DNA of 64,000 bases, from positions 32,001 to 96,000 of the forward strand of contig DASCPX010000040.1 of the NCBI GenBank assembly GCA_036012755.1. Reading direction: 5' to 3'. A model generated the notes under the pieces. The model had not been told where the DNA came from and ran no database searches. It saw only the letters and a program-made list of their open reading frames with translations. Within the stretch, counting starts at the first letter, position 1. Each line of letters begins with the position of its first letter. This DNA comes from Myxococcota bacterium. GTDB taxonomy: Bacteria > Myxococcota_A > UBA796 > CAJQPC01. The position numbers and the translations under genes were made by a program. Positions 47,232 through 55,873 of the stretch are shown here, one piece after another.

Positions 47232-48715
47232 TGGCCTCGTCGTTGATGCTGGTGGCCTTCTTCCTGCCCCTGGCGCTAGCCGTCGTGATCCGGGCCTGCG
47301 ACCGGGTTCCGAACCTGCGGGACGGCATGACGATGGTCTTCGCGTCCGCGACCTTCGCCTGCGTCGCGATGATGCTCCCAGAGGTCCTCGCCGGAGGAGC
47401 GCCCTCGGCCACCCTGGCGCTGCCCTTCGACGGCCTCTCCATCGGCTTCCGCGTCGAGCCCCTCGGCATGCTCTTCGCCCTGGTCGCCAGCGGCTTGTGG
47501 ATCCCGACTTCGCTCTATGCCTTCGGCTACATGCGCGGTCACCACGAAGAGAACCAGACGCGCTTCTTCATGTGCTTCGCGCTGGCCATCTTCGCGGCCC
47601 TCGGCATCGCGTTCTCGGCCAACCTGCTGACGCTCTTCCTCTTCTACGAGCTCCTCACCTTCAGCACCTGGCCCCTGGTCACGCACCACCAGACGGAGGA
47701 GGCTCGGAGCGCCGGCCGTGTCTACCTCGGCGTCCTCGTGTTCACCTCGGTGACCTTCCTGCTGCTCGGCATCGTCTGGACCTACGTGCTCACCGGCACG
47801 CTCGACTTCGAAAACGGTGGCATCCTCGCTGGCAACGTCGAGCCCTGGATGGTCCCGATCCTGCTGGGGCTCTTCGCCTTCGGGACCGGGAAGGCGGCGC
47901 TGATGCCCTTCCACCGCTGGCTGCCGAACGCGATGGTCGCCCCGACGCCGGTCTCGGCCCTGCTGCACGCCGTGGCCGTCGTGAAGGCCGGCGTGTTCAC
48001 GGTGCTGAAGGTGGTCGTCTACGTCTTCGGGATCGACCTGTTGCAGGCAACCGACGCCTCCGACTGGCTCAAGTGGGTCGCGGCGTTCACCATCGTCGCG
48101 GCCTCGGTCATCGCCATCACCCAGGACAACCTCAAGGCGCGGCTGGCCTACTCGACGATCTCGCAGCTGGCCTACATCGTGCTCGGCGCCGCCCTGGCTA
48201 CCTCCGCGAGCGTGATCGGAGGCGGCCTCCACATCGCGATGCACGCCGTGGGCAAGATCACCCTGTTCTTCGTCGCCGGCACCATCATGGTGCACGCTCA
48301 CAAGAAGAAGGTCAGCGAGCTCGACGGGCTCGGACGACGCATGCCCTTCACCTTCGCGGCCTTCTTCGTGGGCAGCCTGAGCATCATCGGCCTGCCACCG
48401 ACCGGCGGCTCCTGGTCGAAGTGGTTCCTGGCCCTCGGCGCCACCGGCAGCGAGGGCGACTGGGTCTTCGTGGGTGTCTTGATGTTGAGCTCGCTCTTGT
48501 CGATCGCCTACCTCATGCCCGTGGTGGCGCGTGGCTTCTTCCTGCCCGAGAAGCCCGACCCACATCACGCCCACCGCGGCGCGGGAGTCGACGAGGGACC
48601 GCTGCTCTGTGTCGGACCGCTGGTGGTCACCGCCTTGGGCTGCCTCGCCATGTTCTTCCTGGCAGAGGACGTCTACGCCCTCCTCCAGCCCATGGTCCAC
48701 GGAGGTGTGCCATGA
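47231..48715 (+). CDS. Na+/H+ antiporter subunit D family (copy 2)
   Basis: FLFYELLT, KAALMPFHRWLPNAMVAPTPVSALLHAVAVVK, RLAYST. Confidence 0.92.
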   Translation: MASSLMLVAFFLPLALAVVIRACDRVPNLRDGMTMVFASATFACVAMMLPEVLAGGAPSATLALPFDGLSIGFRVEPLGMLFALVASGLWIPTSLYAFGYMRGHHEENQTRFFMCFALAIFAALGIAFSANLLTLFLFYELLTFSTWPLVTHHQTEEARSAGRVYLGVLVFTSVTFLLLGIVWTYVLTGTLDFENGGILAGNVEPWMVPILLGLFAFGTGKAALMPFHRWLPNAMVAPTPVSALLHAVAVVKAGVFTVLKVVVYVFGIDLLQATDASDWLKWVAAFTIVAASVIAITQDNLKARLAYSTISQLAYIVLGAALATSASVIGGGLHIAMHAVGKITLFFVAGTIMVHAHKKKVSELDGLGRRMPFTFAAFFVGSLSIIGLPPTGGSWSKWFLALGATGSEGDWVFVGVLMLSSLLSIAYLMPVVARGFFLPEKPDPHHAHRGAGVDEGPLLCVGPLVVTALGCLAMFFLAEDVYALLQPMVHGGVP

Positions 48716-48960
48716 GCGAGCACGGGCCTCCCAGCGTCAGCAGGAGGTGGGTGAACCGCATCATCTGGTCGCTGGTCGCGCTCTGCGTCCTGGTGAGCGT
48801 GGCGGACCTCTTCTACGACAAGCACGGCCACTACGACTTCGAGCACTTCCCGGCCTTCCACAGCGCCTACGGCTTCGTGAGCTGCGTGGCGCTGGTGCTG
48901 ACCGCCAAGCTGCTCCGCCGCCTGCTCATGCGCGACGAGGACTACTACGACGATGAGTAG
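48712..48960 (+). CDS. Small two-TM Mrp accessory subunit
   Basis: GGAGG SD and ATGA overlap. MSEHG...HGHYDFEHFPAFHSAYGFVSC...LMRDEDYYDDE. Confidence 0.8.
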   Translation: MSEHGPPSVSRRWVNRIIWSLVALCVLVSVADLFYDKHGHYDFEHFPAFHSAYGFVSCVALVLTAKLLRRLLMRDEDYYDDE

Positions 48961-50686
48961 CCTCCACGCACTGGCCGCCTCGATCCCGCCGGGTCTGCTG
49001 CTCGTCCTGGGCGGACTCGTCACCCCCCTGCTGCGCGGGGGCTTCAAGAAGACGTGGATGCTGGCCCTTCCACTGCTGGGCCTGGCGCAGCTCTGGCTCC
49101 TTCCTCTGGGCTTCGAGTGGAGCGTCGAGCTCTTCGAGAGCTACTCGCTCGAGCTGGTTCGGCTGGATCGCCTGGCCCGCGTCTTCGGGACCATCTTCCA
49201 CATCGCCGCCTTCATCACGGTGCTGTACAGCCTGCGCGAGGACGACGACCTGCAGCACGTCGCCGCCCTGGCCTACTCGGGCAGCGCCATCGGGGCCGTG
49301 TTCGCGGGCGACCTGATCACCCTCTTCGTGTACTGGGAGCTCACGGCGATCACCTCGGTCTTCCTGATCTGGGCTCGCCGCACGAAGCGCTCCTACAAGG
49401 TCGGACTCCGCTACCTGATCGTGCAGGTGCTCAGCGGCGTGCTGCTGCTGGCCGGCTCGCTGCTGCACTACGCCGAGACCGGCTCGCTGGCCTTCGACCA
49501 CCTGGGGCTGGTCTCGCCCGGGACTGCGCTGATCCTGTTGGCGTTCGGCATCAAGGCCGCCTTCCCGATGCTCCACGCCTGGCTGGAGGACGCCTACCCC
49601 GAGGCGACGATCAGCGGCACGGTCTGGCTCTCGGCGTTCACCACGAAGCTGGCCATCTATGCCCTGGCGCGGGGCTTCGCCGGCACCGAGATCCTGATCC
49701 CGATCGGCGCGACGATGACGGCCTTCCCCATCTTCTTCGCCGTCATCGAGAACGACCTGCGGCGAGTGCTGGCCTACTCCTTGAACAACCAGCTGGGCTA
49801 CATGGTCGTCGGCGTCGGCATCGGAACGGAGCTGGCCATCAACGGCGCTGCCGCCCACGCCTTCGCCCACATCATCTACAAGGGCCTGCTGTTCATGAGC
49901 ATGGGGGCGGTGCTGCTCCGCGCGGGCACGGTGAACGGCTCGGACCTGGGTGGCCTCTGGCGGAAGATGCCATGGACCACGGGCTTCTGCATCGTCGGCG
50001 CGGCGTCCATCTCGGCCTTCCCGTTGTTCTCGGGCTTCGTCACCAAGTCGATGATCCTGACGGCGGCGGCCGAGGAGCATCACACCGTGGCGTTCCTGGT
50101 GCTGCTCTTCGCTGGCGCGGGTGTGTTCCACCACAGCGGGATCAAGATCCCCTACTTCGCTTTCTTCGCCCACAACTCGAAGGCCGCCGGGCGCGTCAAG
50201 GGCGAGGCGCCATTGAACATGCTCGTCGCGATGGGCATCGCGGCCCTGCTGTGCATCGCCATCGGCGTGTTCCCCCGGCCGCTGTACGCGATCCTGCCCT
50301 ACGACGTAGGAGACTTCTGGCCCTACGACATCACGCACACGGTCACCCAGCTGCAGCTGCTCCTGTTCTCCGCGCTGGCTTTCGTCTTCCTCCAGAAGAT
50401 GGGCTGGTACCCGCCGGAGCTTCGCAGCACCGTGCTCGACACGGACTGGGCATACCGGAAGGCGGCTCCGGCCGTCCTCCGCACGGTGGGACGCCTGCTC
50501 GGCGGCGCCGTCGAGGCGACCAGGAGCCTGGCGTTCTCGGTCACCGACACCGTCGTCGCCCACCTGGCGCGGCGCTTCTCTCCGGGCTCCGCTCGCACCT
50601 TCGGCGAGCCATGGCCGTGCGGGCGCACCGCCGCCTGGGCGGCCGTCGTGCTCGTGCTCTACCTGCTGGTCGCCTACCTGGCCTGA
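48953..50686 (+). CDS. Na+/H+ antiporter subunit D family (copy 3)
   Basis: YWELTA, KAAFPMLHAWLEDAYPEA, SAFTTK, RRVLAYS, HIIYKGLLF. Confidence 0.92.
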   Translation: MSSLHALAASIPPGLLLVLGGLVTPLLRGGFKKTWMLALPLLGLAQLWLLPLGFEWSVELFESYSLELVRLDRLARVFGTIFHIAAFITVLYSLREDDDLQHVAALAYSGSAIGAVFAGDLITLFVYWELTAITSVFLIWARRTKRSYKVGLRYLIVQVLSGVLLLAGSLLHYAETGSLAFDHLGLVSPGTALILLAFGIKAAFPMLHAWLEDAYPEATISGTVWLSAFTTKLAIYALARGFAGTEILIPIGATMTAFPIFFAVIENDLRRVLAYSLNNQLGYMVVGVGIGTELAINGAAAHAFAHIIYKGLLFMSMGAVLLRAGTVNGSDLGGLWRKMPWTTGFCIVGAASISAFPLFSGFVTKSMILTAAAEEHHTVAFLVLLFAGAGVFHHSGIKIPYFAFFAHNSKAAGRVKGEAPLNMLVAMGIAALLCIAIGVFPRPLYAILPYDVGDFWPYDITHTVTQLQLLLFSALAFVFLQKMGWYPPELRSTVLDTDWAYRKAAPAVLRTVGRLLGGAVEATRSLAFSVTDTVVAHLARRFSPGSARTFGEPWPCGRTAAWAAVVLVLYLLVAYLA

Positions 50687-51465
50687 GCGAAGGCATCAGC
50701 GAGACGGCGAACGCGGTCGAGGTCCAAAGGTGCCTCCAACTCGGAGTCACGGTGCAGCCAGGTGCCGACGATCGCTCCGTCGGCCACGCTCGCGACCTCT
50801 GCTGCGCTGTCCCCAGTGACGCCCGAGCCGACCCAGACCGGCGCCTCGGGCACCGCCGCTCGGATCGCACGCACCCGGCCCAGATCCGTCGGGCGGCCGG
50901 TGCCGGAGCCTGTGGCGACGAGGACATCGGCCCTTGCCCGGCGGAAGGTGTCCCGGGCGACCTGGGCGATGTCCACGGGCCCCAGCGGAGCGGCGTGCTT
51001 GACGAGCACGTCAGCGACGATCCCGCAGCTGGAGCCGAGCTTGCGGCGATAGTCGAGGACCGCCCGGGCCTGACCTTGGATGATGCCCTGGTCCGTGACC
51101 ATCGCGCCTACGAGCACGTTGATGCGCACGAAGGCGGCCTCGGCTGCCGCGGCCGCGCCGAGGGCAGAGAGCCCGTCGTTCCGCAGCGCGTTGATCCCGA
51201 CGACGAGCTCGAAACGCCGCCGAACCTCGCGGGCGATGACGGCGAGCATCGCTGGGACGTGCGGCTCGACCCGGTCCTTGGAGAATGGCGCGTCGCCCAG
51301 GTTCTCGACGATGAGGCCGCGGGCACCTCCATCCTGGAGGACCTCTGCGTCCCGCAACGCAGCATCGATGATGGCCTGGAGACCTGGCCCCTCGACGGGC
51401 GCCCCTGGGAGCGCCGGGAGGTGGAGCACGCCGACGAGCGGCTTGTCGGCGAGGAGAAGTTCCAT
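50674..51465 (-). CDS. btpA: BtpA/SgcQ family TIM-barrel protein
   Basis: GVLHLPALPG, ENLGDAPF, GINALRND, ADVLVKHA, TGSGTG, DGAIVGT. Confidence 0.9.
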   Translation of the reverse strand: MELLLADKPLVGVLHLPALPGAPVEGPGLQAIIDAALRDAEVLQDGGARGLIVENLGDAPFSKDRVEPHVPAMLAVIAREVRRRFELVVGINALRNDGLSALGAAAAAEAAFVRINVLVGAMVTDQGIIQGQARAVLDYRRKLGSSCGIVADVLVKHAAPLGPVDIAQVARDTFRRARADVLVATGSGTGRPTDLGRVRAIRAAVPEAPVWVGSGVTGDSAAEVASVADGAIVGTWLHRDSELEAPLDLDRVRRLADAFAQAR

Positions 51466-52689
51466 CTACCAGTTCAGCGTGGGCTCCGAGGTGAAGCCAG
51501 CGCTGGCGAAGACCCGCCCGGTCAGCTCGCAGTAGTGCCAGTCGGTGTCGGCCCCCGCGAGGGTCTCCTGGGTCGGGTCCTCGTTGCAGTAGGGCAGGAC
51601 ACCGCCCTGGCTGGAGGTCAGGTGGTTCTTCGGCAAGCCGCCGTGGACCAGGGTCAGCATCAGCTCCCCATCCCCCTCGCCATCGCCGTCGAAGCGGTTC
51701 TCCTGCACGTCGCGCAGCGTGGGCCACACGGCGTGCACCGCGCCGGCATCGACCATCTGGGCGTGGGCGGCGGCGATCGCCTCCTCCAGTCGGGCCAGCT
51801 CGTGCTGGGTCTGGCTCCGCTCCTCGGCCGTGACCGCGCGCTCGAGAGCTGGAGGAATCGCCGCCACCTCCGCCGCGGGCGGAGGCTTGATCGCCACCAC
51901 CGCTGCGCCTATTGCGACCCCGATGCCGAGCGTGAGGCCCGTCAGCTGAAGTCCCCAGGCCACGCGGTGCTGCTGCACCAGTCCGGCCTTGGGCATCACC
52001 TTCCCCACGAGCGCGACCAGCACGGCACCCCGGAAGCGAGCCCCGCCTGCGACCAGGGTCGCCGTCGTCTGGCTGCTGAGTCCGGCGCACCCACCAAAGT
52101 CGGCCCCGTCGACCAACGCGCCGTCGAGCTTGCAGTCGCGCAGCTCGGCGCGCCGGAAGACCGCCCCGCGAAGGTCTGCTCCGGAGAGGTCACAGCTCTT
52201 CAGGGTCGCTGCGGTGAAGTCACAGGCTCGCGCTGCGGCGATCCGCACTCCTTCGAGCCGAGCGTGCCGGGCGTCGACGAGGTCCAGCACCCCCAGCTCA
52301 CCTCCCTCCACGACTCCATCGGCGATGGAGCACCCGACCGTGGTGAGCTCGGCGAGGTCGGGGCGCTCGAGTCGGACGCCCTGTAGGTCACACCCTCGCA
52401 GGCTCGCCCCGGGACGGGCCGATGGCGCCGTGAGACGAGCCTCGCGGAAGGTCGACAGGGCGCAGAGGCCGACGAGGACGGGCTTGTCGAGGTGCGCGTG
52501 GTCATACGAACAGCGCACCGCGGACTCCACCGGGGCGCCCCCCGCGATGCGCCCGGAGACACGCTCCTCTGCGAGCACGACGCCGGTCTCACCTCGGCTC
52601 CTGCGCGCCGGTCCGCGCGGTTCGAGCCTCAGATCCCACTCCGGGTGGAGCAGGCCGGTCAGGCGATTCAGCGACTTGGGGAGGCTCAA
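51466..52689 (-). CDS. Pentapeptide-repeat protein with a TM and a pilin-like C-terminal domain; start uncertain
   Basis: CDFTAATLKSCDLSGADLRGAVFRRAELRDCKLDGALVDGADF, then TM LTGLTLGIGVAIGAAVVAI, then a C-terminal LPKNHLT...WHYCELTGRV. Confidence 0.75.
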   Translation of the reverse strand: MSLPKSLNRLTGLLHPEWDLRLEPRGPARRSRGETGVVLAEERVSGRIAGGAPVESAVRCSYDHAHLDKPVLVGLCALSTFREARLTAPSARPGASLRGCDLQGVRLERPDLAELTTVGCSIADGVVEGGELGVLDLVDARHARLEGVRIAAARACDFTAATLKSCDLSGADLRGAVFRRAELRDCKLDGALVDGADFGGCAGLSSQTTATLVAGGARFRGAVLVALVGKVMPKAGLVQQHRVAWGLQLTGLTLGIGVAIGAAVVAIKPPPAAEVAAIPPALERAVTAEERSQTQHELARLEEAIAAAHAQMVDAGAVHAVWPTLRDVQENRFDGDGEGDGELMLTLVHGGLPKNHLTSSQGGVLPYCNEDPTQETLAGADTDWHYCELTGRVFASAGFTSEPTLNW

Positions 52690-52765
52690 CTTTGAAGTTC
52701 TCGCGCCGTGATTCTGCCTCAATCAGCACCCTTCCCCCAAAGCCGGACAGTTTTTGGCCTGCCGT

Positions 52766-52792
52766 GTGACTACATGTTCAGTATGTTGAACA
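52766..52792. promoter_or_regulatory. Putative LexA (SOS)-like operator overlapping a TGTTCA-N6-TGAACA inverted repeat
   Basis: GTGACT-ACAT-GTTCAG (52766-52781) has a perfect GTTCAG half-site as in the Myxococcus LexA box. TGTTCA/TGAACA inverted repeat at 52775-52792. Confidence 0.45.
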
Positions 52793-52812
52793 CACGCATG
52801 GGAGATACCCTC

Positions 52813-53634
52813 ATGCTGGCACTGCGACAGAAGATGTCTTCCGCTCCTCTCCGGATCCCACGGTTCGAAGCGGCCGAAGCCCGGTTTTCATCCTGGTTCG
52901 GCGCCGCCGTCTTCCGAGTGACGTCAGAGGGGCACGCCGCCGACCTGCACTTCGAGCCTGGCGACCTGCTCGTCATCGACCAGGGGGGCGTCTCGATAGA
53001 TGACCTCGTGGTGCTCGTGCCGCAGCGGCGCGGACGACCGATGCTGGGAAGGATGACCCGCGAAGGTCTGGTCTCGGAGCCCGGTCGCGTACCCGTCGCC
53101 CTGAACACCCGCTGGCACGTCGCAGGCCGCATCATCATGAGGGTGCGCACGAACCCCCGGCGCGGCGGCCAGGTGCTTCGTTTCCCGGATCGGGGCGAGG
53201 CGGCGCAGCAGCAGCTCGAGTTCGCCGACCCTTCCCAGATCGCGGACGACCTCTACGTGCACATCGTCTTCGAGAGAGCGCCCGCCCGCGACCTGGTCGG
53301 CCACCTCGGTCGGCGGCTGCCCGGTTTCCGGATGATCGCTCCCGACGAGGCGCTGGTCGACGGGGGTGAGCTGTTCACCGGCGCCCCCATGGACGTACTG
53401 TCGAGCCTCGTGGCAGAGCTTCGCGTCGAGTTCGGCCTGAAGACGAAGGCCGTCCGGACAGAGGCCCGCGGCACCGCCATGGCGGTCCTGGGTCGACTGC
53501 CCTTCGACGCGGTCGCCTGCGTTCGGCCCGGCGCCCGCTACGCGGCTCCACCCCGCCGGCGCAGCGGCTCAGCTCCGGCCATGTCCGAGCCGGAGCTGGA
53601 GAAGAAGCAGCTGGGGCTCTTCGGAGAGGGCTAG
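52813..53634 (+). CDS. Fusion of an inactive S24 (LexA/UmuD-like) domain and a degenerate Y-family polymerase palm, with beta-clamp motifs
   Basis: GGAGA SD. FRVTSEG..EPGDLLVID..DDLVVL..LGR..VAGRIIMRVR, then PDEALVD...LRVEFGL..., then QQLEF and terminal QLGLF. Confidence 0.65.
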   Translation: MLALRQKMSSAPLRIPRFEAAEARFSSWFGAAVFRVTSEGHAADLHFEPGDLLVIDQGGVSIDDLVVLVPQRRGRPMLGRMTREGLVSEPGRVPVALNTRWHVAGRIIMRVRTNPRRGGQVLRFPDRGEAAQQQLEFADPSQIADDLYVHIVFERAPARDLVGHLGRRLPGFRMIAPDEALVDGGELFTGAPMDVLSSLVAELRVEFGLKTKAVRTEARGTAMAVLGRLPFDAVACVRPGARYAAPPRRRSGSAPAMSEPELEKKQLGLFGEG

Positions 53635-53714
53635 TGCCCCCCGGCGGCCCGCTGCGCGTGCCGTCGTTCACCCCGTCGCAGCCCCGACTGGGTCGGAGCT
53701 CGCGCCGGAGAGAA

Positions 53715-54380
53715 CTAGGGAAGAAGCTCGAAGACGTACCAGGCCGTGACGAGATACCGGCCATCGGGGAGCGGTCCGTCCGCGACAGCCGTGGTCGCGC
53801 CCTCTCGATCTGCCTCGGTGCCGGCGTAGCCATAGCCGTATGTCGTCCCCGCGAGTCCATCGCCGACTGGAGCCTCGAAGCTCGCGTAGGCGCCGTAGAG
53901 GGAGTCGCGCACATCGCCCAGCCCGTGCTCCTCGACACCAGGGACGATCGGTTCGTAGAGTTGCCCGAGGCCGAACATCATCGTTCGCGGCACGCGCGCC
54001 GCGCCGTCGCAGGACCCTGCGTCCTCGCCCAGTCCGACCTCGATCCAGTGGTAGACGAGCGGGTCCGGGACCGCCTCCTCTTCGAAGTAGGAGACCTTGG
54101 GCGTGTCCGTGCAGATGGCGCCATCCTCCGGGTCTTCCGGATGCAGGCGAAGAGAGACCACGACCTCGGACACAGCCCCGTCGACCATCTCGACCTCTGC
54201 GTCGAGGGCGAACCAGACCGGGTCGGGGTCCTCGATCTGGCCGCTGTCGCCCGAGTCCATACCCGTGTGCCACAGCGAGCCGGAGTCGCCACCGAACTCC
54301 TCGTCGAAGAGGTAGCTCTCACCCATGCAGCCGGTGAGTCCCGTGACGACGCCAAGCATCATGATCAGCGCGCGCTTCAT
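53715..54380 (-). CDS. Acidic lipoprotein (triplet family, copy 1)
   Basis: MKRALIMMLGVVTGLTG-C, GGGAG SD. Confidence 0.75.
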   Translation of the reverse strand: MKRALIMMLGVVTGLTGCMGESYLFDEEFGGDSGSLWHTGMDSGDSGQIEDPDPVWFALDAEVEMVDGAVSEVVVSLRLHPEDPEDGAICTDTPKVSYFEEEAVPDPLVYHWIEVGLGEDAGSCDGAARVPRTMMFGLGQLYEPIVPGVEEHGLGDVRDSLYGAYASFEAPVGDGLAGTTYGYGYAGTEADREGATTAVADGPLPDGRYLVTAWYVFELLP

Positions 54381-54438
54381 TTGCGCTCCCGCGAGGCTGC
54401 CTGACATCCTCAAGCTAACCACCTCCGGCCCGGGGCCG

Positions 54439-54969
54439 CTACCTGAGATCCCAGGCATAGCCCGGCCAGAGCGTGTAGACCGCGTCGTCCACCCAGCCGT
54501 CCTCGACCTCGCCGCCCCAGCCGTGCCCCTCGGCGAAGGCCCAGCCATGGGCCTCTGCGTTCTGGCCGTCGTAGCTGAGGCTCCAGCCCAGGGAATCCCC
54601 CGGGTGGGGGTCGTCGTCCGCGAGCTCTTCGCCCACGTCACCGACACCGATGGCCTCCAGCCCGCGGTAGCTGGCGTCGCTGACGAGCCCGGCGTCGCAG
54701 TCGTGCTCTATGTCCTCGAGCACGACCTCGTACATCGCGATGCAGCCGACGCAGTCGTCGTAGGCATCGACCTCGCTCCCCTCGATCGACTGCAGGAGCG
54801 TGCAGACGTGGTACGCGGGCTCTCGCTTGTCGTCCCAGCCCTCGGCGAAGAAGGCCCACACATGGTGCCCGGTGACACCAAAGGGCTCCGGCGTCACGGT
54901 GGCGTAGTTGACCGCCCAGGCGACATCTCCGCCGGGACCCGGAGCGCAGGCGAGGAGCAGTGAGAACAC
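54439..54969 (-). CDS. Acidic lipoprotein (triplet family, copy 2)
   Basis: MFSLLLA-C. CT..C..C..C cysteines. Ends YTLWPGYAWDLR. Confidence 0.75.
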   Translation of the reverse strand: MFSLLLACAPGPGGDVAWAVNYATVTPEPFGVTGHHVWAFFAEGWDDKREPAYHVCTLLQSIEGSEVDAYDDCVGCIAMYEVVLEDIEHDCDAGLVSDASYRGLEAIGVGDVGEELADDDPHPGDSLGWSLSYDGQNAEAHGWAFAEGHGWGGEVEDGWVDDAVYTLWPGYAWDLR

Positions 54970-54978
54970 GACCGAAGG

Positions 54979-55803
54979 CTAACGCTTCAGGACGCTGTCG
55001 ACCTCGTAGCCGTAGTAGTAGTAGGTCGAGATGTAGGCAGGAGCAGGCGCTGTCGACGAGCCGGCGACCTCGATCTGCAAATACTCGCCGTCTTCGCCGG
55101 CGGCGAGGTTGCCGTCACCATCCAAGGCCGTGGCGAAGCCGTAGCCCATCTCGTTGACCAGGGTTCCGGAGTAGCCGTCGTCGACCTTCCAGTACACGCC
55201 GAAGATGTAGGGCTCGACCTCCTCCCATACGAGGCCCGCGTTCTGGTAGGCGTCGCGAAGCTCAGCGGCCATACCGATCGACAGCGGGGCCCAGCCGAAG
55301 CCGAAGTCCATTGTCTCCACCGCCTCGGTGGGCACGCCGTCGGCCCACTCGTCGGGGTCCCAGTCATCGCAGGTATTTCGGGTCGCGGTGGCGTCGTGCT
55401 CGAAGTGTGCGTCGAAGCCAGTCCACAGCCCGCTCACCCCGAGCCCGTCGTAGCCGTCCTGGACGATCTTGCCTGTCCACTCGCAGGTGTAGGCGTCGAT
55501 CTGGCTGTGACGGTAGTCCTCTTCGTAGAAGCGGAAGATCGCGTATGGCGCGACCTCGGTCCCCTCGATGCCGTAGGGCATGAGGTCATCGCCGTCGAAG
55601 CCGGCGTGCATCTCGACGGTGAAGAGCCAGGGGTCGAAGACATCGTCGGCGTCGGCGTCACTGTCAGCGTCCACGTCCACGTCCGCGTCCCCGTCGCAGC
55701 CGATGCCCGTGGCTGTGTCGCAGACCTGTCGGCCAGGACCGCCGATGCAGGCGGACAGCGCCGCGAGGATCAGCGCAGGGAGCAGCAGCCGTTGCAGCGT
55801 CAT
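54979..55803 (-). CDS. Acidic lipoprotein (triplet family, copy 3) with an Asp-rich linker
   Basis: MTLQRLLLPALILAALSA-C. Linker DGDADVDVDADSDADADD. Confidence 0.8.
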   Translation of the reverse strand: MTLQRLLLPALILAALSACIGGPGRQVCDTATGIGCDGDADVDVDADSDADADDVFDPWLFTVEMHAGFDGDDLMPYGIEGTEVAPYAIFRFYEEDYRHSQIDAYTCEWTGKIVQDGYDGLGVSGLWTGFDAHFEHDATATRNTCDDWDPDEWADGVPTEAVETMDFGFGWAPLSIGMAAELRDAYQNAGLVWEEVEPYIFGVYWKVDDGYSGTLVNEMGYGFATALDGDGNLAAGEDGEYLQIEVAGSSTAPAPAYISTYYYYGYEVDSVLKR

Positions 55804-55873
55804 CGAGTCTCCGTCTGTGCCCCGGCCAAGTCACCGTACATGTGCGCCCCAGAGGCTCGCAAGCAAACCCTCG

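Noticed and set aside
55640..55700. GAC-rich short tandem repeat
   Set aside because: It encodes an Asp-Ala/Val linker inside a lipoprotein and is not a CRISPR or non-coding repeat.
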